Source of the DNA: an uncultured Methanosarcinales archaeon
Lineage (GTDB): Archaea; Halobacteriota; Methanosarcinia; Methanotrichales; Methanotrichaceae
Length of the DNA stretch: 64,000 nucleotides
Assembly (NCBI GenBank): GCA_963843555.1
Contig: CAWJKV010000007.1
Coordinates: 96,001 to 160,000 of the forward strand
Direction: 5' to 3'
Positions 22,596-34,543 of the stretch are shown here, in pieces. The position numbers were made by a program, and so were the translations under genes. How positions within the stretch are numbered: position 1 is the stretch's first letter; the number at the start of each line of letters is the position of its first letter. The notes beneath the pieces were generated by a model, which was not told the origin of the DNA, ran no database searches, and saw only the letters and a program-made list of their open reading frames with translations.

Positions 22596-23690
22596 ATGAC
22601 CCAGCTGATCAAGACGGCCGCTCTTTGCGTGGACTTCGATCGGGATGCTCGGGCCTTGCAGGCTCACGGTGCCCTCGCGCGAATGATCCAGCCTGTTTTG
22701 AAGATGGTAAACCAGAGGCTAGCGGATGAGAAGCCTGCCCAGGTCAGGCTGAAGGATATCGTAGCCAGCACCTGGCTGCCGCCCATCCCCAGCGGCCCTT
22801 TTAAGAGGCTGCTTTTGAATGAGGCGAGGAGCGCAATAGGCCGAATGGTGCCCCAAACTCTCTCCATCGAGGTCACTAGGCTTTGCGGGGCAAAATGCGA
22901 TCATTGCCTTATAAAAGAGGGCGAGGGAGAGCTGAGCCATGAGGAGATTCTGCGCATTATCGACGAGGCCGTCGACATGGGCAGCTGCATCATAACCTTC
23001 ACAGAAGGCGATCCTCTTCTGCGAGAGGACATCTTTGAATTGATAAAGCATGTAGATCCAGAAAAAGCTGTGGTGAATCTCTTCACGCCCGGCCTGGATA
23101 TGACCATGGAAAAGGCTGTCAAGCTCAGAGAAGCAGGGCTTTATAATCTTATTATCGGTGTCTACAGCACCAATCCCGAGGAGCATGACAAGGTTCGGGG
23201 AGTAGCAGGGGCTCATGCCAGGGCATTAGAGGCCATTCGCATCGCTCTGGAAACGGGACTATTGGTCACCATGTCCTGCCATGTGCTGTCCGGGCAGGTG
23301 GATCGGATCGGGGAGCTCTACGAACTCGCCGCAGAGCTGGGAGTGCAGGAATTGTCCATATGGGAAGGCATGCCCAAGACTCCAGAAGAGCAATTGACTC
23401 AGATTGAGCGGGAGAAAATCGTAAACCTCTACCGGAAGATCAATGCCACCCCAGGAGGGCCGCGTCTCTTTGCCAATACCTATTTCGAGGGCGAGTTGCT
23501 GGGTTGCATGGCCGGAAGAAGGTGGCTGCATGTGGGCGTAGACGGCGGCATTAGAGCCTGTCCTTATTTGCAGGAGAGCTATGCCAATATTCATGAAACC
23601 TCCCTCAGAGATGCCTGGAAGGCAGTGAGGAGTTCGGGGCAGTTCGAGGGTTTTGTCTGCGATTGTCCTGCCCAAAATAGAGAGTTTTAA
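22596..23690 (+). CDS. Radical SAM protein with twitch/SPASM-like C-terminus
   Basis: CGAKCDHC motif, FTEGDPLLR, GCMAGRRW...ACPY. Confidence 0.85.
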   Translation: MTQLIKTAALCVDFDRDARALQAHGALARMIQPVLKMVNQRLADEKPAQVRLKDIVASTWLPPIPSGPFKRLLLNEARSAIGRMVPQTLSIEVTRLCGAKCDHCLIKEGEGELSHEEILRIIDEAVDMGSCIITFTEGDPLLREDIFELIKHVDPEKAVVNLFTPGLDMTMEKAVKLREAGLYNLIIGVYSTNPEEHDKVRGVAGAHARALEAIRIALETGLLVTMSCHVLSGQVDRIGELYELAAELGVQELSIWEGMPKTPEEQLTQIEREKIVNLYRKINATPGGPRLFANTYFEGELLGCMAGRRWLHVGVDGGIRACPYLQESYANIHETSLRDAWKAVRSSGQFEGFVCDCPAQNREF

Positions 23691-23915
23691 GTGGGAATAT
23701 TCAGAACAAGGAGTTTTGACGCTGAAATTCGGTTTAGCAGGACGAGCTTGCAAGAAACGGAGACTGAAGTAAGCTGCCCGCACAAGTCAAATTGGCATCC
23801 TTTGAACTTTTTAGGAATATATATTTATTATTTTGACCACTCATGGAGCTAAAAATTAGTCTAGTCTCATCATATCATTGATGATAATAAAATAAGGATG
23901 TGCCTGTAGGAAACC

Positions 23916-24707
23916 ATGTCTGCCTGGGAAGAGTTCCTTAAGTTTTCCTCGTATCTGCTCAGAACCAGAAGAAAGGTTGCAAGCAGCGCTTTCTGGATAG
24001 GCCTAATCACTTCGTTGATAGGTGGCATCTTGCTAAATCAGATGATGATCATGAACTCGCACGATGCAGATAACCAGAAGCTAGAGGATCAGATAAGCAC
24101 TCTCGTAGAGCGGGCGGACCTTCTTCAGGAATCTGGTGAGTACAATGAGTCTATAAAATTTTGTGAGGATGCCCTTAAACAGGAACCAGGTATGAAATCC
24201 AGAGCACCTATTGGATATGGCAGATTGTACCAAACGATGGGAAACGCCTACCGTTCTCTGTCAAGCATTCGTGATACTGAGCTTAATTTACTGAAATCCA
24301 TGTTCTACTATGAGGAGGCGCTCGACGCCTTCTCGGGCCATGGGCAGAAGGCAACATCTATAGAGCATGCGAATTGTGAAAGCGACCTCGGGAAAACTTA
24401 CATGTACCTAGCAGAGGTAAGGGAAAAGGAGGCGAATCTAGACTTGGCGATTGATCATTTCCAGCATGCCCTTTTTGCGATTGATCCCAAGAGGCACCCC
24501 CTGGAGCATGCTTTTGTCCAGAACAATCTAGGAAGCGCCTACCAGCTCCTTTCTGAGGTGAGGAACAAGGAGCAAAACCTCAATCGATCCATCCAGGCCT
24601 ATGGCGATGCGCTGAAAATATGTACTCAGGAGGAATATCCTGAGGATTTTGCGAACATCCAGTATAACCTCGGCAGCGCCTATCAGATTCTCTCAGGAAC
24701 TCCTTGA
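23916..24707 (+). CDS. Membrane-anchored tetratricopeptide repeat protein
   Basis: N-terminal TM helix; repeated QNNLGSAY...AI..Y..AL units. Confidence 0.8.
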   Translation: MSAWEEFLKFSSYLLRTRRKVASSAFWIGLITSLIGGILLNQMMIMNSHDADNQKLEDQISTLVERADLLQESGEYNESIKFCEDALKQEPGMKSRAPIGYGRLYQTMGNAYRSLSSIRDTELNLLKSMFYYEEALDAFSGHGQKATSIEHANCESDLGKTYMYLAEVREKEANLDLAIDHFQHALFAIDPKRHPLEHAFVQNNLGSAYQLLSEVRNKEQNLNRSIQAYGDALKICTQEEYPEDFANIQYNLGSAYQILSGTP

Positions 24708-25052
24708 TTTTATCTGCCATTTCCATGCGCCCCGCCGTCGCATTGACCACCAAGCATCCATCGTTCCCTCTACAGGCTCTTTATTCAAACAATCATTGCT
24801 TTGGCTTATTTGTTCCTCCAGCCAATCTGCCCAAGCTCAACAGAGTTATTTGCTTCACTGAGGTTTCCTCCCAAGTCTTTGGCTGAGACTCAATTCCTTT
24901 TTTTCTTGCAGAAGCTTTATCTAGTAAAAATTTATTAATAATATTCAAAAGATAGCGAATCCGCTCTTCAGCTCAAGCCGGGCGGTACCTGAAATAAAAG
25001 CCATGGAAAATTATTAGTACAGATATGTGCTTTATCAGATCTGAGGTAGGAT

Positions 25053-25691
25053 ATGGGTTTCATCAGCAGCTTCAGGGATAATCTTGGGGCCTGGATAAAT
25101 AAGATCTTCAAAAAGAAGAGGGCTAAGATCGGACTATATGGCCCACCGAATGCCGGAAAGACAACCCTGGCCAATAGGATATTGAAGGACTGGAGCGGAG
25201 AAGGTACCTTCGGGACCATCTCCCCCGTTCCTCACGAAACCCGCAGGGCCATAAGAAAGGAGGGACTGATAATCAACGCCAATGGCTCGACTATCGAACT
25301 GGACATAGTCGACACGCCAGGAATGGCGACAAAGATTGATTTCAAGGAGTTCATGGCCTTCGGCCTCTCCGAAGCCGAGTCCAAGAAACGAGCCAAGGAG
25401 GCTACAGAAGGCGTCATAGAGGCCATCAAGTGGCTGGATGACCTGGATGGCATCCTCCTGGTTATGGACTCAAGCGAGGATCCTTATACCCAGGTCAATG
25501 TCACGGTGATTGGTAACATGGAAGCAAGGAAGCTTCCGCTTCTCATCGTGGCCAATAAAATGGATCTGCCCAATGCCTCGCCGTCCAGGATCAAAGCCGC
25601 TTTCCCCCAGCATGCCATGGTGCAGATATCCGCGCTGGAAGGTTCGAATATTGATAACCTTTATCAGGCAATAGCCACTCATTTCGGGTGA
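25053..25691 (+). CDS. oapA: Era-like GTP-binding protein (OapA-type)
   Basis: GPPNAGKTT, PHETR, DTPG and NKMD motifs; operon with DUF2073 and Zn-ribbon genes. Confidence 0.85.
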   Translation: MGFISSFRDNLGAWINKIFKKKRAKIGLYGPPNAGKTTLANRILKDWSGEGTFGTISPVPHETRRAIRKEGLIINANGSTIELDIVDTPGMATKIDFKEFMAFGLSEAESKKRAKEATEGVIEAIKWLDDLDGILLVMDSSEDPYTQVNVTVIGNMEARKLPLLIVANKMDLPNASPSRIKAAFPQHAMVQISALEGSNIDNLYQAIATHFG

Positions 25692-26056
25692 TCTTGATGA
25701 GAGAAGTGCATATGGACCTAATCTCCGAGGAGAAGCTGGAGAGTATGACATCCATGGAGAAGATCAGGCTCATTCTGGACAAGGTAAAAAAAGGTAAGAT
25801 TGTGGTTCTTGAGAGCGGCCTGACTCCTGATGAGGAGGTGCGTCTCATCGAGATGACTATGACCGAGATCAGGGTGGATGAGTTCTCAGGAATAGAGATC
25901 GAGAGCTATCCTTCTAAGAAGGGAGGATCATTCTTGGATAAGATATTTGGGAAAACCCTCAAGGGCAGGATGACGGTCATCGGCCCGGCCAACCAAATAC
26001 ATACCATTGAGAAAGACAAGTACCAGATCAGCACCAAGGTCTCTATGGGGGATTGA
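25688..26056 (+). CDS. oapB: DUF2073 protein (OapB-type)
   Basis: SMEKIRLILD, GLTPDEE..LIE.TM, GIEIESYP and TVIGPAN motifs. Confidence 0.85.
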   Translation: MILMREVHMDLISEEKLESMTSMEKIRLILDKVKKGKIVVLESGLTPDEEVRLIEMTMTEIRVDEFSGIEIESYPSKKGGSFLDKIFGKTLKGRMTVIGPANQIHTIEKDKYQISTKVSMGD

Positions 26057-26470
26057 ATGCCTCATATCTGTACCCGCTGCAACAACATCTTCGAGTCGGG
26101 AGAAGATATCCTGAAGGGCTGCCCGTCCTGCGGCTGGAAGAAGTTCATGTTTGTGCGCAAAATGCCGCGGGAATTGGATATGTCAAAGCATTCAGGGGAA
26201 CATATCATAACCAGGGCCATGGGCGTGAAGGTGCCACCCAGGAGATCGGAAAAAGAATCTATGCCCCCGACCAGATCCGATGAGGCTCCAGAGAACGAAT
26301 TGAGCCCAGGCGAAGGAAAGCCTCTGGAGAGCATAAAGATAACCGCGCCCGGGACTTACGAGTTGAATCTGCCGTCTTTATTCGAGAGGGATGAGCTGAT
26401 CATGGCAGTCAAGGAAGGAACTTATTTTATAGATCTGACATCTGCCTTCAAAAAAGGCAAGAAAGATTGA
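26057..26470 (+). CDS. oapC: Zn-ribbon protein (DUF2072/OapC-type)
   Basis: MPHICTRC...GCPSCG..KF and ESIKI..PG.YELNL motifs. Confidence 0.85.
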   Translation: MPHICTRCNNIFESGEDILKGCPSCGWKKFMFVRKMPRELDMSKHSGEHIITRAMGVKVPPRRSEKESMPPTRSDEAPENELSPGEGKPLESIKITAPGTYELNLPSLFERDELIMAVKEGTYFIDLTSAFKKGKKD

Positions 26471-26482
26471 AGATCAATCCTA

Positions 26483-26635
26483 TCAATCCTGCGTTATTCG
26501 GATCTCAATAGATTTCCAATCCGGGCTTACCCCTCGCAGAGACTGGGCCATGGCGACGGCCACGTTGCCGATGATCTCCTGGGTGAACTCATTTAGTGGA
26601 ATGTCCTTGCCGTCTGCCTGCAGCTTTACAATCAT
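26483..26635 (-). CDS. Small protein (50 aa) resembling the stand-alone C-terminal domain seen on MobB-type proteins
   Basis: MIVKLQADGKDIPLNEFTQEIIGNVAVAMAQSLRGVSPDWKSIEIRITQD; GAGGGGGA SD-like sequence upstream; absent from the ORF track. Confidence 0.7.
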   Translation of the reverse strand: MIVKLQADGKDIPLNEFTQEIIGNVAVAMAQSLRGVSPDWKSIEIRITQD

Positions 26636-26693
26636 TTATCCCCCTCTCGTTTGCCTGCCTGCGACTTCTTCCAGGTTTTCTGCGAGTTTTGTT

Positions 26694-27101
26694 TTAAGCT
26701 CCGCCAAATATGGCGATAGGCGGTGTGACGACTGAAGCGCTGGCGGAAATGGCCTGTGGAAGAGTGCGGACACTGCCTGCCTGGTTGCCGGCGTCGGGAT
26801 TCTTAACTGCGAACATGGGTGTGACTGTGATCGCACCTGGACCCTTGATTATGGTCGCATTCACATTGGTATTCGTCTTCTTTCCCAGAGTGCTTAGATC
26901 CAAGACATTGCTCTCCACATTACCTCCCAGAGCGGTTGGTGCGATGGTTGGCATATTTTCGGAGACCTGAGGCAGAGACATTGCCTGTATGCTTGTCTTT
27001 TTACCCAATGTGCTCAGATTAAGAACATCTTGGGCACTGGCTGCAGCCATGAAACCTGCCAGGAAAACGGTGACGACGAAGATGGTGAGAATTGACTTCA
27101 T
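26694..27101 (-). CDS. Secreted hypothetical protein
   Basis: Signal peptide, internal duplicated VL.LSTLGKKT, GGAGG SD. Confidence 0.7.
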   Translation of the reverse strand: MKSILTIFVVTVFLAGFMAAASAQDVLNLSTLGKKTSIQAMSLPQVSENMPTIAPTALGGNVESNVLDLSTLGKKTNTNVNATIIKGPGAITVTPMFAVKNPDAGNQAGSVRTLPQAISASASVVTPPIAIFGGA

Positions 27102-27194
27102 ATATGAAACCTCCTTACTCTAAAGGGTACTCAATTGACCCTCGTTTTCTGGTACTTGAGCTTTAACCATTTATTCCTTTTGCTTAATCTATGA

Positions 27195-27741
27195 TCACTG
27201 GAACGATTCGCGAGAAGAAAGATGGGAATTGTCGCTCTTCGATACTGTGCACAGACGCTCCACACCGTTTATCTCCGCGATGAATTTGGCCACAGCCCCG
27301 GGCACGAGGTCTGCCCAGTTGCCATTCTCACTCATCAAATTGCGAATGGCCGTTCCGGAGTACAGATCTCTCTGGTACAAAGGCAGCTTTTTCACCAACA
27401 CATTGGCCTCGGAGAAGAGCTGGACCACCAGAGGATTGTTGGAATAGACCACATCAAAGCGAGGGACCATGGATTGCAGGTGAGAGACCCATAACCGAGT
27501 TGCGTTTGATATCCTGCAAAGGCGTGACAATAGCAGCGCTCTTCCTCAGACTCGCTTTCGCTAGAGCGGCATAGATCATCTCCATCCTCTCGCCGCCGGT
27601 GAAGGGATTCTCGGTGGTGTGGCTCTCCTGGGCGCTGCCGATCACTATCACAATCTCCTCTACCTCTTCTGCGATCTTCTCCAAGACCGCCTGATGCCCG
27701 AGGTGATAAGGCTGGAAGCGCCCAATGTAAAGCCCGCGCAT
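27195..27741 (-). CDS. nadM: Nicotinamide-nucleotide adenylyltransferase (contains indels)
   Basis: IGRFQPYHLGH, GSAQESH, NPFTGGER, YSNNPLV and SGTAIR motifs across frames. Confidence 0.92.
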
Positions 27742-27756
27742 GAACTTCAAATCCAC

Positions 27757-29479
<1,723 letters not shown>

Positions 29480-29492
29480 TTTTCGCTCAGAC

Positions 29493-30731
29493 TCAGGTGA
29501 TTTCTGTGGGTTTTATCGATTCCATCACTATTATTTCTCTCTTTTTCAGCTCTTTCATGAACGCTTCATAGGCTCCATCCTTGAGTGCGTCTTCAGGAGC
29601 CACGATCCCCTTCTCCAGGATCTCGCCCTTCGCCAGGAGCCTGGCCGCCACTGCCGCCGAAGCGCTCGTCACTCTGGCCATGGCAGAGATGCCCGTCGCG
29701 CTGTCCGCGCCCGTCCACATGAAATAGTCCGCCTGCTTCTCTCTCCCCCATGCCGTATTCCACATGACGCAGACATCCTCATCTCCGGGCAATGGCCGGA
29801 GCTTCGCTTCGACCAGTTGGAGGAAGAAGTCCCTGGGCCGGATGAGCTGGCCCGCAAGGGCAACGGGCTCGATGTCCAGAAGGCCGCATTCCTTCAGTGT
29901 ATCGATAGCCTGCCAGTGACCAGGCCAGCGAATGGTCTTCTCCGAGAAGCTCTTCAGGTGTCTTTGCGTGTGGAGAAAACTGGGCATGCCTGGTGTTATG
30001 GCGCATTCCAGCTCCTCATCCCGTCCGCATTCCTGAAAACGGAAGCTCTCCCGGCCCGAGGTGGCATCCACCTCTACGGGCTTCCCGTCATCCAACACGC
30101 GCACCTTGACCATGTACTCGCGCAGCACATGATCGAAGGACCAGGTGATCATATACTGCAGAGGATGACGGGCCGCTGCGTCGCGGCTGGGAATGCCGCC
30201 TACGCGCGCCACAGCACGATCAGCATCAACTTTCCTTATCCCCTCGGCCAGAGTTATATTGCTCAGGCCCGGAGCAAAGCCCATGCCATCCAGCAGCGTG
30301 ACACCGTTGTCCAGAGCCCTGCGGTGCAGAGATTCGCCATACTCATCCAGGCTCATGCCCGCCGGGATCTCCAGGCCTTCTGTCTCGTAAGGGTCAGGCC
30401 GGCGGTGGTACTCTTCCAGGATGTCAACCACATCCAGACCTGCACCGATGGCAGTCTCTACCGTTCTGTAGCTGCTCCTCCGGTCGGGCAGGGCGATGAT
30501 GCCCACGTCGTACTCCTGCATCAGAGCTCGAGATCTGCGGGCGTCCGCGATGTCCAGAACATGGGTGGCGACCTTTTCGCTGCCGATCCAGTCTCTGGCC
30601 TTCTGCAGTGAATTCTGGCTCCGGCCCGCAATGCCTACGATCTCGGCTCCGCCAAACTTTGCCAGATCCCAGGCCACGGCCGAGCCGATCTTGCCTGTGC
30701 CGCCGAAGACAAGTGCTTTCAGATCTGTCAT
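29493..30731 (-). CDS. Saccharopine dehydrogenase family oxidoreductase
   Basis: GGTGKIG Rossmann motif, GFAPGLSN, KTIRWPGH, SAMARVT. Confidence 0.85.
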   Translation of the reverse strand: MTDLKALVFGGTGKIGSAVAWDLAKFGGAEIVGIAGRSQNSLQKARDWIGSEKVATHVLDIADARRSRALMQEYDVGIIALPDRRSSYRTVETAIGAGLDVVDILEEYHRRPDPYETEGLEIPAGMSLDEYGESLHRRALDNGVTLLDGMGFAPGLSNITLAEGIRKVDADRAVARVGGIPSRDAAARHPLQYMITWSFDHVLREYMVKVRVLDDGKPVEVDATSGRESFRFQECGRDEELECAITPGMPSFLHTQRHLKSFSEKTIRWPGHWQAIDTLKECGLLDIEPVALAGQLIRPRDFFLQLVEAKLRPLPGDEDVCVMWNTAWGREKQADYFMWTGADSATGISAMARVTSASAAVAARLLAKGEILEKGIVAPEDALKDGAYEAFMKELKKREIIVMESIKPTEIT

Positions 30732-31102
30732 CTTTCCAGCCTCTGGACGTCCGATGCCCTCGATATCTTCAGCTCTTCCGATCCATGGAAGTCTTCTATC
30801 GTTCCTCTGATCCGTATGCGGTCACCGGCGTGAAGCTGCTCTTGGAGCTCTCCTGCTCCCGCGCCGGCAGGAATGAAAACGGGCATGGCAGTTGAGTCCA
30901 ATCGGAGAAGCAGGTTGCCTCCGGTATTGGTGGGCTTCATCTCCAGGATCAAGCCCTCCAGGGAGAGGAGGGAGTCCGCTTTAGCAGCGGCGCCGTCGTC
31001 ATTGCCCTCTTCAGGGCTGAATGCCCAGAAGGCCACGGCCAGAGACCCCAGGGCCATGAGGAGCAGCACTACTACTATCTTCTCTTCTTTTTGCATCCTC
31101 AT
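30728..31102 (-). CDS. Membrane-anchored OB-fold protein
   Basis: N-terminal TM helix; GDRIRIRGTIEDFHGSEELKI. Confidence 0.65.
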   Translation of the reverse strand: MRMQKEEKIVVVLLLMALGSLAVAFWAFSPEEGNDDGAAAKADSLLSLEGLILEMKPTNTGGNLLLRLDSTAMPVFIPAGAGAGELQEQLHAGDRIRIRGTIEDFHGSEELKISRASDVQRLER

Positions 31103-31209
31103 GATCTTTCATCCCTCAAGGCAGCTCCCGCTAATTGCTGGGCAGTTGTGCGATTTGAGATTTGCGCGAAAAATGTTTCTTGAGCTTATTGCTTATATAA
31201 CATTATTAA

Positions 31210-31386
31210 TTACTTCTTTTCTTCAGGCTTCGGCCCAAAACGCTCCTGCCAGCCCTTCTCCAGATGATCGAGACAGATGTCGCATACGCCCTTGTATGCG
31301 CCCTCGGGATAGGTCAGGTTATGGACGGGGGCCTTAATGGGAAACAGCAGTGGTCGAGCACGGGTACATAGTTCGCAATCAGCCAT
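31210..31386 (-). CDS. fpoO: Short FpoO-like protein (F420H2 dehydrogenase subunit O family), 58 aa
   Basis: MADCELCTRARPLLFPIKAPVHNLTYPEGAYKGVCDICL matches the FpoO pattern DCxLC...YPEG.WKG.CxxCL; absent from the ORF track. Confidence 0.75.
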   Translation of the reverse strand: MADCELCTRARPLLFPIKAPVHNLTYPEGAYKGVCDICLDHLEKGWQERFGPKPEEKK

Positions 31387-31429
31387 TTTGATTCATCTCC
31401 TACGGATCGGTGAATAGAGTTTCTCATGT

Positions 31430-31867
31430 TTAAGTTTTCCGTTGTTCGTAATCTTCCATACCCATGATCATCTCTGTCAACTCTTCCACCAGCCTCTCAT
31501 CAATCTCAGCGAGCATCACCCTTCGCACCATGTTGGGCACATCGATCTCGGCCATGACGATCTTGGGAAGATGGCTGTGCTTGAAGCCTTCCACGACCGC
31601 ATAGTCCACCCCCTCGTCCTGCAGTTCGGCTAATGCGGAATCCAGATCGCCGCGCTCTCGCGTCACCATAAGCTTCGCCTCTCCGAGACCAATGACCACA
31701 TCCGCTCCGGCATCGAAGTGGCGCCTGGTGTCGCCTCTGTCAACTGGATGGGTGACCATGTTCTTGACTGTCCCCACCTTCCCGTGCCTGGCCAGTGAAC
31801 TGACCAGAGCGGCGACCAGGGTTGTCTTGCCTGTCTTCTTTGTTCCTACTACCGATATCACTTTCAT
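31430..31867 (-). CDS. mobB: Molybdopterin-guanine dinucleotide biosynthesis protein B
   Basis: GTKKTGKTT, DTRRHFDAGAD and VEGFK motifs. Confidence 0.85.
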   Translation of the reverse strand: MKVISVVGTKKTGKTTLVAALVSSLARHGKVGTVKNMVTHPVDRGDTRRHFDAGADVVIGLGEAKLMVTRERGDLDSALAELQDEGVDYAVVEGFKHSHLPKIVMAEIDVPNMVRRVMLAEIDERLVEELTEMIMGMEDYEQRKT

Positions 31868-31892
31868 GATTGAGATCGTTGGGATTGTCGGA

Positions 31893-33122
31893 TCATTCAG
31901 CCCGAATTAGCTCAATAAGGAATCGAGCAAATCCCTCCAGATCCGCAATGCGCACATTCTCGTTCAGACCATGGGCATTGCTCTCCAGCTGCCGGCCCAC
32001 GCCGTAGACGCAGGTGGGAATGCGCGTCTTCTCTGTGGCATAGGCCTGATCGAGACTTCCCTGCGCTCCTGAGAGCCGGGGCATGAATCCCATGCCTCTT
32101 TTCACCGCCTCCCTCACCTCAGTCACCCAAGCGTGGTCCGGATTCACGCTCATGGGAGGATAGCCCGGATAGAACTTCAGATCAAACTCGACATCCAATG
32201 GCAACAGTGTCCTCTCGATCTCAGACATAGCCTCATCCATGCTCTCTTCCGGTATCACCCGCCTGTCCCCACGCAAAATGCACCTGTCCGGCACGATGTT
32301 CTCTTTGATGCCTCCATTGATCATGGTGATATTGAGGATGGGCATGAGGTTTTTGAGGCCCACGGCTTCAAAGGCGGAACTGGCCGGAAGATTGGACCTT
32401 CTCGCCTGTATAACCTTCTTGAGATCCATGAGCGTCTCCATGATCGGTATCGACTTTTCTACAGCATTTATGCCCATGAAACTGGAGCCGCTGTGAGACG
32501 AACGGCCATGCACCACCACATCCCAGGTTATGATGCCGTTGCTGCCTATGACCACATCATCGGAAAAGCCGTCCATGCAGAGCATCAGATCTCCCTTTAC
32601 CTGTCCTAAGTCGGTGAGATAGCACAGGCCGGAGTAGCCGCCTACCTCTTCATCCGTGGTTAAGAGGACCGAGAGATTGTACTTCGGCTTGCCGTTCTCC
32701 AGGAGCACCTTTAAAGCGGCAATCAGGGCAGCTATCGATCCCTTACAGTCGGAGACGCCCCGGCCGTATGCTCTTCCATTCTTCTTCACCACCTGGAAGG
32801 GGTCCGTCTCCCATTCTCCCTCTGCCGGAACCACATCCAGATGGGCATAGATCACCAGCGTCTTTTCGGCCCCCACAGACAGATCAGCTCGCAGATTGTT
32901 GCGGTCGCCCACCAGCCGCGGGTCACTGCATTTTGCTGCAAAGACATCCTCCGGCATGACCAGCGTCTCTGTCTTGAAGCCCATTTCCCTGAAAATGGGA
33001 ACGAGCCATTCCACAATCTCTTGATAGCAGTTCCCCGGAGGGGCAACGGTCTTAAAACTTATGATTTTATTTAGCAGGTCCAGGAGGTATTTGGGATCGG
33101 GCGAGGGGATTTTTTCCGGCAT
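31893..33122 (-). CDS. ArgE/DapE family M20 metallopeptidase
   Basis: HLDVVP, GRGVSDCKG, DEEVGG and AHGLNE motifs. Confidence 0.9.
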   Translation of the reverse strand: MPEKIPSPDPKYLLDLLNKIISFKTVAPPGNCYQEIVEWLVPIFREMGFKTETLVMPEDVFAAKCSDPRLVGDRNNLRADLSVGAEKTLVIYAHLDVVPAEGEWETDPFQVVKKNGRAYGRGVSDCKGSIAALIAALKVLLENGKPKYNLSVLLTTDEEVGGYSGLCYLTDLGQVKGDLMLCMDGFSDDVVIGSNGIITWDVVVHGRSSHSGSSFMGINAVEKSIPIMETLMDLKKVIQARRSNLPASSAFEAVGLKNLMPILNITMINGGIKENIVPDRCILRGDRRVIPEESMDEAMSEIERTLLPLDVEFDLKFYPGYPPMSVNPDHAWVTEVREAVKRGMGFMPRLSGAQGSLDQAYATEKTRIPTCVYGVGRQLESNAHGLNENVRIADLEGFARFLIELIRAE

Positions 33123-33395
33123 CTTGCATTCCTTCTTGAAATAGGGCCTAATAAGCCATGACGGCCTATTAAATGCTTCGTATGTGTTTGGCCCCTCTTG
33201 TGGGTTCATCCGAATCCGCAAATGGGAATTTTCCCTGAAAGCCATATTATGTTTCTCACTTTGTACTATAATTCGCAATCTGTGTCATAAAAGGCTTATA
33301 CATACATGCCAAACAACTACAGCTAGAGAACAAGGTTTGACATCATTCGATGCATAAGCTGCATGGATGAAAGCGAAAATCGGAGGTAAGGGAAA

Positions 33396-33572
33396 ATGAT
33401 CGAAAATGAGGCGCTGATTCAAAGACGTGAGCTGCTTTTGGAGAGGATCTTGAAGATGAACGATGAAGTCGAAAAAATAGACCAGCGCATGGCTTTCCTG
33501 CAGGGGATGGCAGAATCCAGTCGCGTTGATCTATTCCAGACACAAGAGCAGTTAGCTGAGGAGGTGTCCTAA
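33396..33572 (+). CDS. Small coiled-coil protein (58 aa)
   Basis: GGAGGT SD; MIENEALIQRRELLLERILKMNDEVEKIDQRM...; stop abuts the next start codon. Confidence 0.6.
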   Translation: MIENEALIQRRELLLERILKMNDEVEKIDQRMAFLQGMAESSRVDLFQTQEQLAEEVS

Positions 33573-33908
33573 TTGAATTCGTTATCGATTACAGATATAA
33601 GGAAGTTTGCATCACGCCGGGGTGCACATAAAGAGGACGTTGAATATTTCTTGAATACAGTTGGGCAGGCCGGCACAGAGGAAGGTGCTCTCATGAACCT
33701 GTACTATGATGCCCGTCTCTACAGCTGGAATATTTCTACGATATGGGCCATAGAGGCAGGCATAAAGTCGGCTTACACAGAAGAGGCGAATGTCGGAGCA
33801 TATGCTGCGGAAAAAGAAATCCAGACTCCTCTGCCCGGGGGCGCTTACTCGCTTTGGCCGCAGCCTCATTCCCCGGCCCAGGCAGGCGCGTCTTCGCTCT
33901 CCAGTTGA
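33573..33908 (+). CDS. Hypothetical protein
   Basis: GGAGGTG SD before TTG; 111-aa ORF. Confidence 0.6.
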   Translation: MNSLSITDIRKFASRRGAHKEDVEYFLNTVGQAGTEEGALMNLYYDARLYSWNISTIWAIEAGIKSAYTEEANVGAYAAEKEIQTPLPGGAYSLWPQPHSPAQAGASSLSS

Positions 33909-34090
33909 TACGGGTCTGCCCCTTACTTCCTTTATGAGATTATGCCTTCGCCTCAATCAATAATCAATCGTGGGCGAAGTCATCTTTCCGTTTTCCAAAA
34001 AATCGGATCTTATCTGCTTATGATTATTGGCTAAGAAAATTGCTTGCGGGCATGCCGCTCTGCGGACATGCACGGGTCGACAAACTCCTT

Positions 34091-34513
34091 TTATTTGCCT
34101 GCACCCTCCTCGGCTTGCGCCTCTTCGTCCTCCTTTTCCTCCTCTAGCGGCTCTTCGATGCCTTCGAAGGCCTTCTTCAGCAGGTCAATCGCGAAGCCAA
34201 TGACCGCTCTGCCGCGCCGGTTTACACCTGCGGCCTCATCGAGCAACTCCTCATAGAGCTCCTTGGTCACTTCCTCGTAATCATCATCATTGTACTCCAG
34301 GTTGCTGCTATCTCTTATCTCCTCCTGTAACATAACTGTGACATCCTGCAGGAGCGCGTAGTCTTCCTTAGTCGGAATGCCTAATCCTAGCTCGGCAAAC
34401 CTGTTGTCAAGCTCCTGCATGCGATCATAATTGTTGGCTCCCAAGATATCGTTAATATCTCTCTTCATGGAAGCAACTTTGCCCTCATCTCCGATTTCCT
34501 CATCTTTCTGCAT
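34091..34513 (-). CDS. Acidic hypothetical protein
   Basis: 140-aa ORF with protein-like helical composition. Confidence 0.65.
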   Translation of the reverse strand: MQKDEEIGDEGKVASMKRDINDILGANNYDRMQELDNRFAELGLGIPTKEDYALLQDVTVMLQEEIRDSSNLEYNDDDYEEVTKELYEELLDEAAGVNRRGRAVIGFAIDLLKKAFEGIEEPLEEEKEDEEAQAEEGAGK

Positions 34514-34543
34514 CTTCCACTCACTTCCTGGGAGAGATAAATG

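Noticed and set aside
24890..25050. Possible replication origin beside the oapABC-like operon
   Set aside because: No orc1/cdc6 gene and no recognisable repeated ORB boxes; only a short AT-rich promoter region.
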